From positions 32,001 to 96,000 of the IMG/VR virus record IMGVR_UViG_3300020455_000006: a stretch of DNA of 64,000 bases; one strand, 5' to 3'. The notes beneath the pieces are model-generated. The model was not told where the DNA came from, searched no databases, and saw nothing but the letters and a program-made list of their open reading frames with translations. The position numbers and the translations under genes were made by a program. Source of the DNA: a virus. This document shows positions 1 to 10,540 of the stretch, in pieces (the first letter of the stretch is position 1; each line of letters begins with the position of its first letter).

Positions 1-1
1 T

Positions 2-2923
2 GATGATCCTAAGACATTCAGAGTAGGACTCAACACAGATCCTGGTGCAATCACAAAGATTACAACTATACCATACACTCAGGTAGATAGAACTATTGTT
101 GGAACAGGAAGAACATTCAATCCATTCTTTACAAGAAAAGATTTTGGACCTGACTTCCAGATATTTGCACAAGAAAAGGTACAAAGATTCCAAAAGTCTG
201 CACAAGATGGTATCTACGATATAACAGTTCTTGGATATTTGAACTCTGCTAATGTATCACCATACACAGATAATTCAATAAAGTTTGCACAGGATGTCAA
301 CGATTTCAAGCCAGAAGTAAGTGTTGATAATAACGATGATGATCCTAACGCAGCAGTAAGTTTTGCACTTAGAGATAAGATTGGACAGGTAAAAACCAAC
401 GATACATCTAAGAGTATAACAAAGGAAACTATATTCTCATTTATTGAAAACACAGGTATTGGTATTGGTGTTACAGGTGCTAGTGTAACAGGATCTGGAA
501 GTGTAAAAAATCTTAGCGTTGATCTTGGAAGACAACACAACCTCAATGGTGTTGAGTCTGTTACAAATGTAACAGGTGGATCAAACTATGGTACTAATAG
601 TGGAAGTGCTGAATTTTATTATAGTGTAAACTTACTTGGTGGAACTGGACAAGGTGCAACTGCAGATATAACTGTGTCTGCTGCTGCTACTATTACTGGC
701 GTAGATTTAGTTGATGCTGGAAGTGGATATGCTGTGAATGATGTCCTCACAGTCAAAGGCGTTCCTTTCATAGCACCTGGTACTGATTGTCAAGTTACAG
801 TTGGTGCTATTGATAATAAGATTAACGATATTGTCCAAACAGTTGGTATTGGATCTACAGCTTTCAATGGTATTAATAAAATTACTGCTATTGACCAGCA
901 AACACGAGTTACATTCTTAGGACAGTCTATTGGTGACTGGTCTACACCAGGAGGTTTTGCATATCATGTTGGTGTGTCTACACAAATTACAAATATTGTT
1001 CATGATACTACAAGTGGTATAGCAACTGTCACATTATACCAAGATATTGGTCTAAGGCGTGGTGACATGATTGTCATCAATAATGCTAATAACGAGTATA
1101 ATGGAACTCATCTTGTTGAAGATAGAATAGGATATGGTTCATCACTATCTGTGAATATAGGTGCATCATCATCACCTACTTTCGCACCTTCAGGTACAGC
1201 ATATGGACATGATGCAGGTATCTCGATGAGGGGATTCAATCAGAATGTTCCCATCTATGGTGGACAAACAACTGTGATTGACTCTGCTATGTCTGCAACC
1301 TCAACCACAATTGGTTTGCAGAAGAAGGCAATGTTTAGGCGTGGTGATTATATAATGATAGATGAGGAGATTCTAAGAATTGCAAATAAAAACTGCACAG
1401 AAGTTATAAGAGGACTCTTTGGTACACAAGCAGTAGCACATATAAGATTCAATGCTGTAAGAAAGATAAGAATCGTAGCTGTAGAAAATAGAAGAAACTC
1501 TACTATACGTGCTTCAGGACATACATTTGAATACCTCGGATTTGGTCCAGGTAACTATTCAACATCATTACCACAAACACAAGATAGAGTTCTAAGTGAA
1601 GATGATCAGATTTTTGCTCAGTCTATCAACGTAAATGGTGGTGCTGTTGTTTACACAGGTTTGAATGATAAAGGTGAGTTCTTTATAGGACGTAAGAAGA
1701 TTGACGCTATCACTGGTGAAGAGACATCAACTATTGCTCAAATAGATCAGACTCCTTCACAAAATAGACTACCTCTTACAGCAAGTTTCAGTGATATAGA
1801 CGTAACAAATAGTTTGACCAGTGGTGGTGATACGGAAGTTATTGATCTAAGACTGAAGGGTAATAGATCTGGTGATCAAGCTCAATCAGTTTATCTTGGT
1901 ATAAGTCAGAACACACCTTCAAGTAGTACAGATAATATTATATTTGCTACATCTTACGATAAAGGTGGATATCTTGGATGGGTCAGGACAACAGATGCAA
2001 GTAATCCTTGGCAACGTTTCGGACCTATATCATACGAGGCAAGCTCGGAACACTATGCTTTTGATAAGTTAGCTGTTGGAAAAACAAATGCAGAGAATGA
2101 TAAGGTAGTTGATGTAACTGGTAATGTTGCTATTACTGGTAACATAACCATATCAGGTGTTACTACATGTACTCTTGCAGCAAGCAGTGCAAAGGTAGAA
2201 GATCTTACTGCTGGACGAGTTGTAATCGCTGGATCAGGTGGAGAATTAGAGGATAGTTCATCACTTACATTCTCAGGAGCAACACTTACTGCAAATACAT
2301 TAACAGTTACAACCACCGCTAATGCAGCAAATCTAACCGCATCTCAGACAGTCACAGGTGAACACTTAGTTTCTACTGACGATGCAGTAATTGCTGATGA
2401 TCTGACTGTTGGTGGTGATGTTGCTGTTACAGGATCTGTCACAGCAACAGGTGGTTTCACTGGTGGTGGTGCCATACCGTTGGGTGGTATTATAATGTGG
2501 TCTGGAACTGATGGAGATGTTCCTTCAGACTGGAGGCTATGTAATACTGCTAACGGAGGAAATGTTGTCAACGGTATCACTGTTCCAAACTTAGAGGATA
2601 GATTTGTAATTGGTCGTGGTTCAACTTACGGTGCTGGTACCACAGGTGGTTCAAAAGATGCAGTATTAGTATCTCACCAACACGGATTTAGTGGAAGTGC
2701 ATCACACTCTCACACTCATACTGTAGCAACACACCCAAGTGGATCAGGACCTGAACAGAACCAGAGTGGTGGACCTGAAGATAGAACAAACTTTAGTGAT
2801 ACTGGAACAACCAGTACAGAGACTGTTACCATAACAGGTAATACTGGTACAGAGGGTGTTTCAGGAACTGATACGAACCTACCACCATACTTTGCTATTG
2901 CTTACATTATACGAGTAAGTTGA
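2..2923 (+). CDS. Tail fibre / virion structural protein with C-terminal tail-collar domain (5' truncated by window)
   Basis: The frame of ORF 239..2923 is open back to position 2. Gly/Thr-rich. C-terminal IPLGGIIMWSG..W.LC..VPNLEDRFVIG collar motif, HQH/HSHTH motifs and NLPPYFAIAYII end. Confidence 0.8.
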   Translation, partial: DDPKTFRVGLNTDPGAITKITTIPYTQVDRTIVGTGRTFNPFFTRKDFGPDFQIFAQEKVQRFQKSAQDGIYDITVLGYLNSANVSPYTDNSIKFAQDVNDFKPEVSVDNNDDDPNAAVSFALRDKIGQVKTNDTSKSITKETIFSFIENTGIGIGVTGASVTGSGSVKNLSVDLGRQHNLNGVESVTNVTGGSNYGTNSGSAEFYYSVNLLGGTGQGATADITVSAAATITGVDLVDAGSGYAVNDVLTVKGVPFIAPGTDCQVTVGAIDNKINDIVQTVGIGSTAFNGINKITAIDQQTRVTFLGQSIGDWSTPGGFAYHVGVSTQITNIVHDTTSGIATVTLYQDIGLRRGDMIVINNANNEYNGTHLVEDRIGYGSSLSVNIGASSSPTFAPSGTAYGHDAGISMRGFNQNVPIYGGQTTVIDSAMSATSTTIGLQKKAMFRRGDYIMIDEEILRIANKNCTEVIRGLFGTQAVAHIRFNAVRKIRIVAVENRRNSTIRASGHTFEYLGFGPGNYSTSLPQTQDRVLSEDDQIFAQSINVNGGAVVYTGLNDKGEFFIGRKKIDAITGEETSTIAQIDQTPSQNRLPLTASFSDIDVTNSLTSGGDTEVIDLRLKGNRSGDQAQSVYLGISQNTPSSSTDNIIFATSYDKGGYLGWVRTTDASNPWQRFGPISYEASSEHYAFDKLAVGKTNAENDKVVDVTGNVAITGNITISGVTTCTLAASSAKVEDLTAGRVVIAGSGGELEDSSSLTFSGATLTANTLTVTTTANAANLTASQTVTGEHLVSTDDAVIADDLTVGGDVAVTGSVTATGGFTGGGAIPLGGIIMWSGTDGDVPSDWRLCNTANGGNVVNGITVPNLEDRFVIGRGSTYGAGTTGGSKDAVLVSHQHGFSGSASHSHTHTVATHPSGSGPEQNQSGGPEDRTNFSDTGTTSTETVTITGNTGTEGVSGTDTNLPPYFAIAYIIRVS

Positions 2924-2929
2924 TAAATA
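2922..2929 (+). promoter_or_regulatory. T4-type late promoter (gp55), GATAAATA
   Basis: NATAAATA about 25 nt upstream of ATG 2955. Confidence 0.65.
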
Positions 2930-2954
2930 CACATACTAAGGAGCATTGTAGTAG

Positions 2955-5303
2955 ATGGCATCAGTAAATAAAAAATTTGCTGTAGAAAAAGGTCTTGAAG
3001 TTGGTGATGACGCACTGGTCGTTGATGCTGATGGTAGAAAGACTGGTATTGGTAAAACCGATCCGAAATACGGATTAGATGTTGCACTGACTGCAAATTT
3101 TGACGGGATAGTCGCAGCAGAATCTGTGGGTATTGGTAGTACCCAACCAGGTAAAGACTTTGATATAAACAAAGATACTATTATAAGAAAGAAACTCTTT
3201 GATTCTAATGTATCTGAGGGTACAAATGGTCAGGTTCTTATCAGCACAGGCACGGGAGTTTCATTCACATCTCAGGCAGATATAACCACAAACGCTGCAG
3301 GTGGTACAAAGACTGTACAATTCAAAGGAGCAGATGGTAAGTTTGGAGGAGCAGATAATTTTGTTTATGATTCAGGAAATAATAGAGTAGGTATTGGTAG
3401 TACTATACCTGAATACTTACTACAAACAGAAGGTGGTCAGGTTCATTTTGACTCCCAACTATTAGATAGTAATAAGACTGTTGGTGCTGCAGGTTCAGTG
3501 TTGGGTGCAGATGCATCAGGTAAATCTGTATGGGAACCAAAGGGATCAGAAATATCAAATGTTATATTTGTAACTGAGAATGGAAATGATGAAAATAATG
3601 GACTATCGCCAGGAACTGCTAAGAGAACCGTTGGCGGTGCCACAAGTATAGCGGTAGCTGGTAATGTTATTAGAGTTGCAGGTGGTATATACACAGAAAA
3701 TAATCCAGTCTTGATACCAAGAAATGTCACGATTGATGGTGATGACCTTAGAAATACACAAATAGTTCCAACAAATGTTGGTAAGGATCTATTTCATGTT
3801 ACTAACGGAACACTGATTCAGAACTTATCCTTCGTTGGTGCTGCAAATACAGGTGCTATTATAGCATTTCCACCAGAGGGTGTGGTCAATAGACATACAT
3901 TCTCTTCAGGATATGGTGCAACTAATGCAGTAAAGGTAGGTCCTAATTGGCACACTGGTTCATCAGTCACACCTACAGATGTATCGTACGATCCACTTAC
4001 AGGTATTACTACATTTACTAAGTCATCTCATGGATTGACAGTCAGTGATACAGTTGGTATTGTTACCAATAGTATAGCATTTTCTTGTGATCAAGATTCA
4101 CATGCTTCAATTCACTCATATCCTAGAGCATCTGACCCTGTAGCAGGTATATTCACTGCAATTACAGCAGCAGATACAGATACATTTACTATAAATGTTA
4201 GTGATGCTGGTACTGGTGCAAGAATTGCAGGTATCATCACACAGGGACCTTACGTTAGAAACTGTACAAACTTTGTACCAGATTCAATTGGTATGAAGAT
4301 TGATGGAAACGCAGTCATGGGTCTGAAAGCCATGAATGTTGACTCATATACACAATATAATCAAGGTGGTATTGGTGTTACTATATCTAATGATGGATAT
4401 GCTCAGTTAGTTTCTATCTTTACTATATGTGATGAGTCTGCTATCACTTGTGTATCAGGTGGTCAGTGTGATGTCAACAACTCTAACGCATCATTCGGTA
4501 CTTATGGTCTTATAGCATCAGGTGTTGGAACTGTTACTCAGACAGGAGCATTGGCACAAGCAGCAGTAGCAGAAGATAATCAGGTGGTGGTTTCAGGACT
4601 TACAGTAGAGAGACCATATACAGGACAGGTATTATATCTTGGAGAATTATTCAACGGTGTTAGTAAGGTAACTGTAGGAAATCCTGGTTCAGGATATACC
4701 AGTTCTAACCCACCAACAGTAACTATAGGATCACCTACAGGTCCTAATGGTATTACTGCAGAGGGTGTGGCAGTTGTTAGTGGTTTTGGTAGTATAACTG
4801 CTGTAAATATGTTTGCTACTGGTTCCCAGTACAGGTCAGCACCGACAGTTACGATTGCTGCTCCTTCATCTGGTATCACTGCAACAGCAACAGCATCATT
4901 AGAACCATCTTATTTTACTATAAATAGTACGACCCCAGTTACAGCTGGTGTTTCTACTATAACTCTTGACCAAAATCTCCCATCTAATGTGGGAGTAGGT
5001 TCAACAGTTCCATTTGCAAGACAATCATTGATTCTTGCTTCTTCCTACACCTTTGAATACATAGGTGCAGGTCTTACTATCGGGCAAGCACTACCAAGAA
5101 AAGGTGGTACTACAATACCTGAGAATGAAACAACTTCTGAGGAAGGTGGTAAGGTAGTTTACACATCAACAGATGAGAGAGGAAATCTGAAGGTTGGTGA
5201 TCAATTCACAATCAATCAACAGACAGGTACTGTCACTGGTGATGCATTTAATAAGAGTATTCAAGCAACACTTACACCACTCATCATAGCACTAGGACAA
5301 TAA
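2955..5303 (+). CDS. Virion structural / tail-fibre-associated protein with beta-helix-like region
   Basis: 782 aa. Repeated GIGST motifs, VIFVTENGNDEN.G motif, GSGYT..PTVTI repeats. C-terminal YTFEYIG..GGKVVYTSTDERG resembles HTFEYLG..GGAVVYTGLNDKG in the preceding ORF. Confidence 0.7.
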   Translation: MASVNKKFAVEKGLEVGDDALVVDADGRKTGIGKTDPKYGLDVALTANFDGIVAAESVGIGSTQPGKDFDINKDTIIRKKLFDSNVSEGTNGQVLISTGTGVSFTSQADITTNAAGGTKTVQFKGADGKFGGADNFVYDSGNNRVGIGSTIPEYLLQTEGGQVHFDSQLLDSNKTVGAAGSVLGADASGKSVWEPKGSEISNVIFVTENGNDENNGLSPGTAKRTVGGATSIAVAGNVIRVAGGIYTENNPVLIPRNVTIDGDDLRNTQIVPTNVGKDLFHVTNGTLIQNLSFVGAANTGAIIAFPPEGVVNRHTFSSGYGATNAVKVGPNWHTGSSVTPTDVSYDPLTGITTFTKSSHGLTVSDTVGIVTNSIAFSCDQDSHASIHSYPRASDPVAGIFTAITAADTDTFTINVSDAGTGARIAGIITQGPYVRNCTNFVPDSIGMKIDGNAVMGLKAMNVDSYTQYNQGGIGVTISNDGYAQLVSIFTICDESAITCVSGGQCDVNNSNASFGTYGLIASGVGTVTQTGALAQAAVAEDNQVVVSGLTVERPYTGQVLYLGELFNGVSKVTVGNPGSGYTSSNPPTVTIGSPTGPNGITAEGVAVVSGFGSITAVNMFATGSQYRSAPTVTIAAPSSGITATATASLEPSYFTINSTTPVTAGVSTITLDQNLPSNVGVGSTVPFARQSLILASSYTFEYIGAGLTIGQALPRKGGTTIPENETTSEEGGKVVYTSTDERGNLKVGDQFTINQQTGTVTGDAFNKSIQATLTPLIIALGQ

Positions 5304-5306
5304 ACA

Positions 5307-5645
5307 ATGGCTGCAATTCCTTTAAATAGGTTCAAGACTATAACCCACACACTTACAACCTCTGCAGTTGGGATTTACACATGCCCACCAGGTGTTGCAG
5401 CGTTGATCATTTATGGTAATGTATCCAACGTCGGAAGTAGTTCATCTGTAAGAACCTTTACCGTATCACATAGTAGAAACTCTGTTGATACTGAGATAGT
5501 ATCAAACATTGGAGTGCCAGCTTCTGATGCGATGTCTTTCATAGAAGGACGACTTGTATTAGAAACAGGAGATATATTGAAAATTTCTGGTGATGTCAAT
5601 AATACCATGAAAGGTATCATCAGTGTATTAGAGAACGCTAAGTAA
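5307..5645 (+). CDS. Conserved cyanophage virion-associated protein (112 aa)
   Basis: Tightly packed in structural operon; IYTCP..LVLETGD motif typical of these small proteins. Confidence 0.65.
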   Translation: MAAIPLNRFKTITHTLTTSAVGIYTCPPGVAALIIYGNVSNVGSSSSVRTFTVSHSRNSVDTEIVSNIGVPASDAMSFIEGRLVLETGDILKISGDVNNTMKGIISVLENAK

Positions 5646-5646
5646 A

Positions 5647-7518
5647 ATGCCAAGACTCTTATCGGGAAAGGTTGGTGTAACCAGTTTTGCTGGATTATCA
5701 ACTACACGAAATCAGACCACATCAGATCCCCTTAAGTTTTTGGGTGTGGGAGACATGGAACCCAACCTTGGGTTGCCATCTAATAATGATTATATTTTAT
5801 TTGGTAATACAGATGGTACTCGAAGATGGGATGTCTTTACACCATCAGGTGCTGTTGATGGTATAACTGTATTAGACGAGAATATAACTCCTTCAGGTTT
5901 CGCTGGTTCAATAACAAAACTAAACTTTGAGGGTAATGGTGTTACAGTAACACAAATCAAAGAACAGGTTGGCGATGCACAGATAGGTTTAGCAACAGTA
6001 TTCATAAACAAATCAACTAATGATGTGATGGATCCTTCAGGATTTGTCTCAGTTGTTGGTGTAACTACATTCAAAGTTGGTGCAGGTTTATCCTTTGTAC
6101 CACTAGCAGGTCAGGCAGGTATAGTATCAATATTCAATACAGCAGAGGCAAAACTTACATTCCAAGATGATAGAGGACTAACCACTCTTACTGACATAGG
6201 TCAAATAAGAGTTGGTGCAGGTTTGACTGTGAGTCAATCTGCCACTGGTATTGCATCAATCAGCCCAACGGGTCAGTTTGAACATGTGAATGCCACAGGG
6301 TTTGTTACAGCAACACAGGGGTTTGTTGGTAACATAACTGGTAACGTAACAGGTAATACAAACGGAACTCATACAGGAGCTGTCAACGGAAACGTTACTG
6401 GTAATGTTGTGGGTAATGTTACTGGTAATGTGACAGGAGATTTGACAGGTGATTTCAACGCTGGTATCTCAACTGTCACTGAGTTGAGAGCAACAACAAT
6501 CAACGCTACTGGTATTATAACAACATCCACAGGTTTTATAGCACCAGTAGGAAGTTTTGGATTTAGTGGGTCATTGAATTCTACAGGTATTTCAACTGTG
6601 GCATTCTTTAGTGGTACTAACATCAATGTTAGTGGTATAGCGACTGCTGACGGAGGATTTGTTGCCACACCTGGCGGTTCAGGATTTACTGGTAGATTGA
6701 CAGGAGATGTTGTTGGAGATATAAAATCTTCAGGGGTTTCTACCACCACCTACCAACAAACAACTCATGTGAATGCGAGTGGTATTATAACTGCTACAGG
6801 TGGGTTTGTTGGTAACGTAACTGGAAGTGTTGCTGGTGCAGCATCTCTTGTTACTTTAGCTGATGAGTCAGCTGACACTACTTGCTTCCCAGTGTTCGCT
6901 ACTGGTGCCACTGGTGATCTTGCTCCTAAAACAGATGGTAGTGCGTTATTATATAATGCAGCGACAGGAACATTTACTGCTGCTGTATTCAGTGGTTCAG
7001 CAGCATCATTGACCAATATACCAGGTGGTCAAATTACAGGAGCACTTGCTGCAGTTGATGGATCTGCTTTGACTGATGTTATATCAGAAAAAACAAAACT
7101 AACTGCATCTAATACTACAAATGCTACACATTTTCTAACTTTTGTAGATACTGCAACAGGTAATGAGGATGTTCGTACAGATACGAACCTTACTTATAAT
7201 CCTGGTACAAATATTTTATCTGCCACCACATTCAATGGTAATGCCACAGGATTGACTGGAACTCCTTCAGTTACAGTTGGTGATTTGACAGTGGCAGGGT
7301 CAGCAGTTCCCGATGCTGATAATACTAGAAACTTAGGAGGTCCCTCTGCTAGGTGGGCAAATATATACACAGCAGATATGCATTTCTCTAACAAAGATAT
7401 GAGAAATTCAGTGGACGGAACTTGGGGTGACTGGACTATGCAAGAGGGCGAAAATACGCTCTTCCTATTGAATAATCGTAATGGAAAGAAGTATAGTATA
7501 AACCTCACTGAGGTATAA
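5647..7518 (+). CDS. Tail fibre protein
   Basis: 623 aa. GNVTG tandem repeats, GIITAT repeats, C-terminal RWANIYT..WGDWTMQEGE..LNNRNGKKY domain. Confidence 0.75.
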   Translation: MPRLLSGKVGVTSFAGLSTTRNQTTSDPLKFLGVGDMEPNLGLPSNNDYILFGNTDGTRRWDVFTPSGAVDGITVLDENITPSGFAGSITKLNFEGNGVTVTQIKEQVGDAQIGLATVFINKSTNDVMDPSGFVSVVGVTTFKVGAGLSFVPLAGQAGIVSIFNTAEAKLTFQDDRGLTTLTDIGQIRVGAGLTVSQSATGIASISPTGQFEHVNATGFVTATQGFVGNITGNVTGNTNGTHTGAVNGNVTGNVVGNVTGNVTGDLTGDFNAGISTVTELRATTINATGIITTSTGFIAPVGSFGFSGSLNSTGISTVAFFSGTNINVSGIATADGGFVATPGGSGFTGRLTGDVVGDIKSSGVSTTTYQQTTHVNASGIITATGGFVGNVTGSVAGAASLVTLADESADTTCFPVFATGATGDLAPKTDGSALLYNAATGTFTAAVFSGSAASLTNIPGGQITGALAAVDGSALTDVISEKTKLTASNTTNATHFLTFVDTATGNEDVRTDTNLTYNPGTNILSATTFNGNATGLTGTPSVTVGDLTVAGSAVPDADNTRNLGGPSARWANIYTADMHFSNKDMRNSVDGTWGDWTMQEGENTLFLLNNRNGKKYSINLTEV

Positions 7519-7521
7519 ATA
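7514..7521 (+). promoter_or_regulatory. T4-type late promoter TATAAATA
   Basis: Exact T4 late consensus upstream of ATG 7553. Confidence 0.75.
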
Positions 7522-7552
7522 CAAACGATAGGATTTTAACAAAATACCCATT

Positions 7553-8635
7553 ATGTCTAGAGCTAGAGAATTAGCAAAGGTCGGTGGAAAGAATCAACAG
7601 GTAATAGCAGGTCTATCCTCCCACGTTGGTGTATCTACCTTTCTGAATAATGTACATATGTTCGCTAACCTAGATGTAGGTGGTAACGTTACTGTGACTG
7701 GAACTACTGCCTTCAACGGTGGAACACTTACTTTAGGAGATAGTGCTTCTGATAACGTTGTATTTGGTGCAGACGTAAACTCAAATATTATACCAAATAC
7801 AGATAATGCATATGACTTAGGTTCTTCGAGTCAAGAATGGAAAGATTTATTCATAGATGGCACAGCACATATTGATACTTTAGACGTTGATGGTAATGCA
7901 GGGGTCATCGGTAATCTTACACTTACTGGCAACGGTGATTTCAATGGTGACTTAGATGTTGATGGTACAACAAACTTAGATGGAACCAACGTAGTTGGAA
8001 CCCTTGCTGTCACAGGTGCTGCAACTGTCGATAATTTATCACTGAATGGAAACACAGTAACAACATCATCGGGGAATCTTACGATAGATTCTGCAGGTGG
8101 TACTACAACTGTCTCTGACAACTTGACAGTTTCTGGAACAGTTACTTTCAATACTGCTTTGGCGAGTGGAAACTTGGCAACATCAGGTGTAAGTGCTAAC
8201 ACTTATGGTAGTTCAACTGCTATACCTATATTAGTGGTAAATGACAAAGGATTGATTACCTCTGCAAGCACCACTGCAGTTGATAGTACAACAATTGAGC
8301 AATTGAATACATCCGTTTCATGTACTGACACAGGTACGAATGGATTGGTAACAGTTGTTGCCGACGGATCAACGGTTGCTGTATTTGATCAAGCACTGAT
8401 TACTGTAACTGGTAATATATTACCAGAAGCAAACGGTACTAGAGACCTCGGTGCTAGTGGCACAAGATGGGCAAACATCTACAGTTCTGACTTAGATTTA
8501 TCAAACGAGGCAAAAGGTGCTAACAGCATTGACAACACATGGGGTTCATACCTTATAGAAGAAGGTGAGAACGATCTATTCTTGAAAAACAGAAGAACTG
8601 GTAAGCAATACAAGTTCGTACTTCAAGAAGTATAA
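7553..8635 (+). CDS. Tail fibre protein
   Basis: 360 aa. MSRARELA start, DLDVDGTTNLD repeats, same C-terminal domain as 5647..7518. Confidence 0.75.
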   Translation: MSRARELAKVGGKNQQVIAGLSSHVGVSTFLNNVHMFANLDVGGNVTVTGTTAFNGGTLTLGDSASDNVVFGADVNSNIIPNTDNAYDLGSSSQEWKDLFIDGTAHIDTLDVDGNAGVIGNLTLTGNGDFNGDLDVDGTTNLDGTNVVGTLAVTGAATVDNLSLNGNTVTTSSGNLTIDSAGGTTTVSDNLTVSGTVTFNTALASGNLATSGVSANTYGSSTAIPILVVNDKGLITSASTTAVDSTTIEQLNTSVSCTDTGTNGLVTVVADGSTVAVFDQALITVTGNILPEANGTRDLGASGTRWANIYSSDLDLSNEAKGANSIDNTWGSYLIEEGENDLFLKNRRTGKQYKFVLQEV

Positions 8636-8638
8636 ATA
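8631..8638 (+). promoter_or_regulatory. T4-type late promoter TATAAATA
   Basis: Exact consensus followed by AAGGAG RBS and ATG 8663. Confidence 0.75.
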
Positions 8639-8662
8639 ACAAGGAAGGAGAATTTGAACTAA

Positions 8663-9538
8663 ATGGCTTTTTACGGAAATGCTGCTAATGTTAATGTTAC
8701 AGTTGACCCTGCAGCAGGTAATTACGGTTCTAGCAACGCAATACCTGTTATAACAGTTGACTCAGATAAAAGAATTAGTGCTATTAATACAGCATCACTA
8801 ACATTAGATGCATCAGTGAATACTAATTCATCTACAGGTGACTTAGGAACATATGGATTCTTGATGCAAGCATCAGGAAATACCTCATATGAACCAGGTC
8901 AAACTCTAGCAGGTTCTAACTTACGTTATGCAGACTCTACAGGTAGAGTATCCAGTAACGTAACACCAAGTGGAACTTGGAAACTCATGGGTTATGACTC
9001 AGGGTCACCAAGAACAAACTCAGGTTCAGGTTCTGGATCAGGTTCTGGTTCTGGTAGTATATCTGGTAACGTTGAGGGTAATACATCATTATCAAGTGGT
9101 GAAGTTCAAGGTAACGTTTCAGGTGCATTGCAAGGTGGTGAAGTTCAAGGTAACTCTTCTCTTTCTTCAGGTAACATCCAAGGTAATACAAACGTAAACG
9201 TATCTGGTAATATTTCGGTGAGTTCACACTCTCATGGTGTTCCATCCGCAGGTAACCAAGCTAGAATTGGTGACTCAAAATCTGCTACTGCAGGTGGTAA
9301 CTTCTCTGGTTCTGGTTCAGTATCTCTTGATAACATGGGAGTTGGTGGTAACGTAAATACATCAGGTTTGAACGTTGCTGGTAACACAAGTATCACAACA
9401 TCTGGTTTGAACGTTGCAGGTAACGTGACTACTGACAACTTGAATGTTGGTGGTAATGCTACAGTGAACGTCAACACAAACGTAAACGTAAACACTACAG
9501 TTGCTTATCCTACTTCTCTTTGGATGCGTTCTGCATAA
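8663..9538 (+). CDS. Tail fibre tip protein with Gly/Ser/Asn-rich repeat insertion
   Basis: GDLGTYGFL..PGQTLAGSNLRYA..PSGTWKLMGY...SLWMR tip motifs interrupted by about 170 aa of repeats. Confidence 0.6.
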   Translation: MAFYGNAANVNVTVDPAAGNYGSSNAIPVITVDSDKRISAINTASLTLDASVNTNSSTGDLGTYGFLMQASGNTSYEPGQTLAGSNLRYADSTGRVSSNVTPSGTWKLMGYDSGSPRTNSGSGSGSGSGSGSISGNVEGNTSLSSGEVQGNVSGALQGGEVQGNSSLSSGNIQGNTNVNVSGNISVSSHSHGVPSAGNQARIGDSKSATAGGNFSGSGSVSLDNMGVGGNVNTSGLNVAGNTSITTSGLNVAGNVTTDNLNVGGNATVNVNTNVNVNTTVAYPTSLWMRSA

Positions 9539-9541
9539 ATA
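9534..9541 (+). promoter_or_regulatory. Late promoter CATAAATA
   Basis: NATAAATA upstream of ATG 9563. Confidence 0.6.
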
Positions 9542-9562
9542 AAATCGAAGGTTCTAAAAACT

Positions 9563-9967
9563 ATGGCAGTTAATTTTACAGTCACCGATGCAAGAAACCC
9601 AGTTTGGGCAAATGACGATAAAAATGCTATTACATTAGAAGTTAATTTTGCTGAAATTACTGATTCAGATTATGTCTCGTTTACAGCAAGTCCAACTGAT
9701 GTGGTAGAACATTCTCGTACCATTTATGCAAATGCAGTGAATGGTGATTATGGTACGGTATCAGATTATACTCATCATAGATTATGGCACCCAATTGATC
9801 AAAGTACTGTTGACATTTCTAATGTAGGTTTGGTACAAATCTTACTAGAAAAAGGTTTGTTGGATGATTATGATGTAGATGCAATTCTTGTGGAGAACAC
9901 AGAAACAGTCGCTTTTGCTCGTACTACTACCAATTCATCAATGAATGGTGATTGGGACGGTATATAA
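9563..9967 (+). CDS. Putative tail fibre assembly chaperone (Tfa-like)
   Basis: RNPVWAN..ITLEVNF..FTASPTD..HSRTIY..AVNGDYG motif; lies directly after a fibre gene. Confidence 0.6.
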   Translation: MAVNFTVTDARNPVWANDDKNAITLEVNFAEITDSDYVSFTASPTDVVEHSRTIYANAVNGDYGTVSDYTHHRLWHPIDQSTVDISNVGLVQILLEKGLLDDYDVDAILVENTETVAFARTTTNSSMNGDWDGI

Positions 9968-9987
9968 AAAAACACAGTCTTTAACCA

Positions 9988-10518
9988 ATGATTACTTCAG
10001 AAGGAAATTACCAAAATAGTCATTTGACCACCATTGGTGATGGTTATGCCACTACCATAGAGACTAATGGTAATGGTGGTCAAATGATACGAAACAACCA
10101 GCAGGTAAATTTCGTGTCTAATACAAAGGGAATTCCAACTTATAATGTTGGATTTGGTTCTACTGTATCGACTGCTGCATGGGTTGAATGGACTGCAAGA
10201 GAATTTGATGCTGCTGGAATATCAACTTCTGAGTTCGATCCAACAAAACCAGATGAGAGAAAAACTGTACAAATAAATGTACCAGCATCTAATATTTGGA
10301 CTGTATCTCTGTATGGCGAGACCACTAAATTGAGTGGTAGGAAACCAAAATTCCAAGGATTCTTTGATTTATATGAAAATGGAGACGATAGAAAGGCAAG
10401 ACATAAGGCACTGAGAGAAGCAGGTTTGACACCACCATTCCCAAGAGCAGATAAATTCTCAAAAAATAAACATCAAAATTTTGTGAGATCAGGTGTAACA
10501 ACGGAGGGAAGTTACTAA
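9988..10518 (+). CDS. Hypothetical protein (176 aa)
   Basis: ORF in operon orientation; no family recognised. Confidence 0.6.
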   Translation: MITSEGNYQNSHLTTIGDGYATTIETNGNGGQMIRNNQQVNFVSNTKGIPTYNVGFGSTVSTAAWVEWTAREFDAAGISTSEFDPTKPDERKTVQINVPASNIWTVSLYGETTKLSGRKPKFQGFFDLYENGDDRKARHKALREAGLTPPFPRADKFSKNKHQNFVRSGVTTEGSY

Positions 10519-10540
10519 AAACTAAATTGATTTCTTTATA

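Noticed and set aside
214-9495. Many minus-strand ORFs opposite the fibre genes
   Set aside because: Antisense shadows of Gly/Thr/Val-rich coding sequence.
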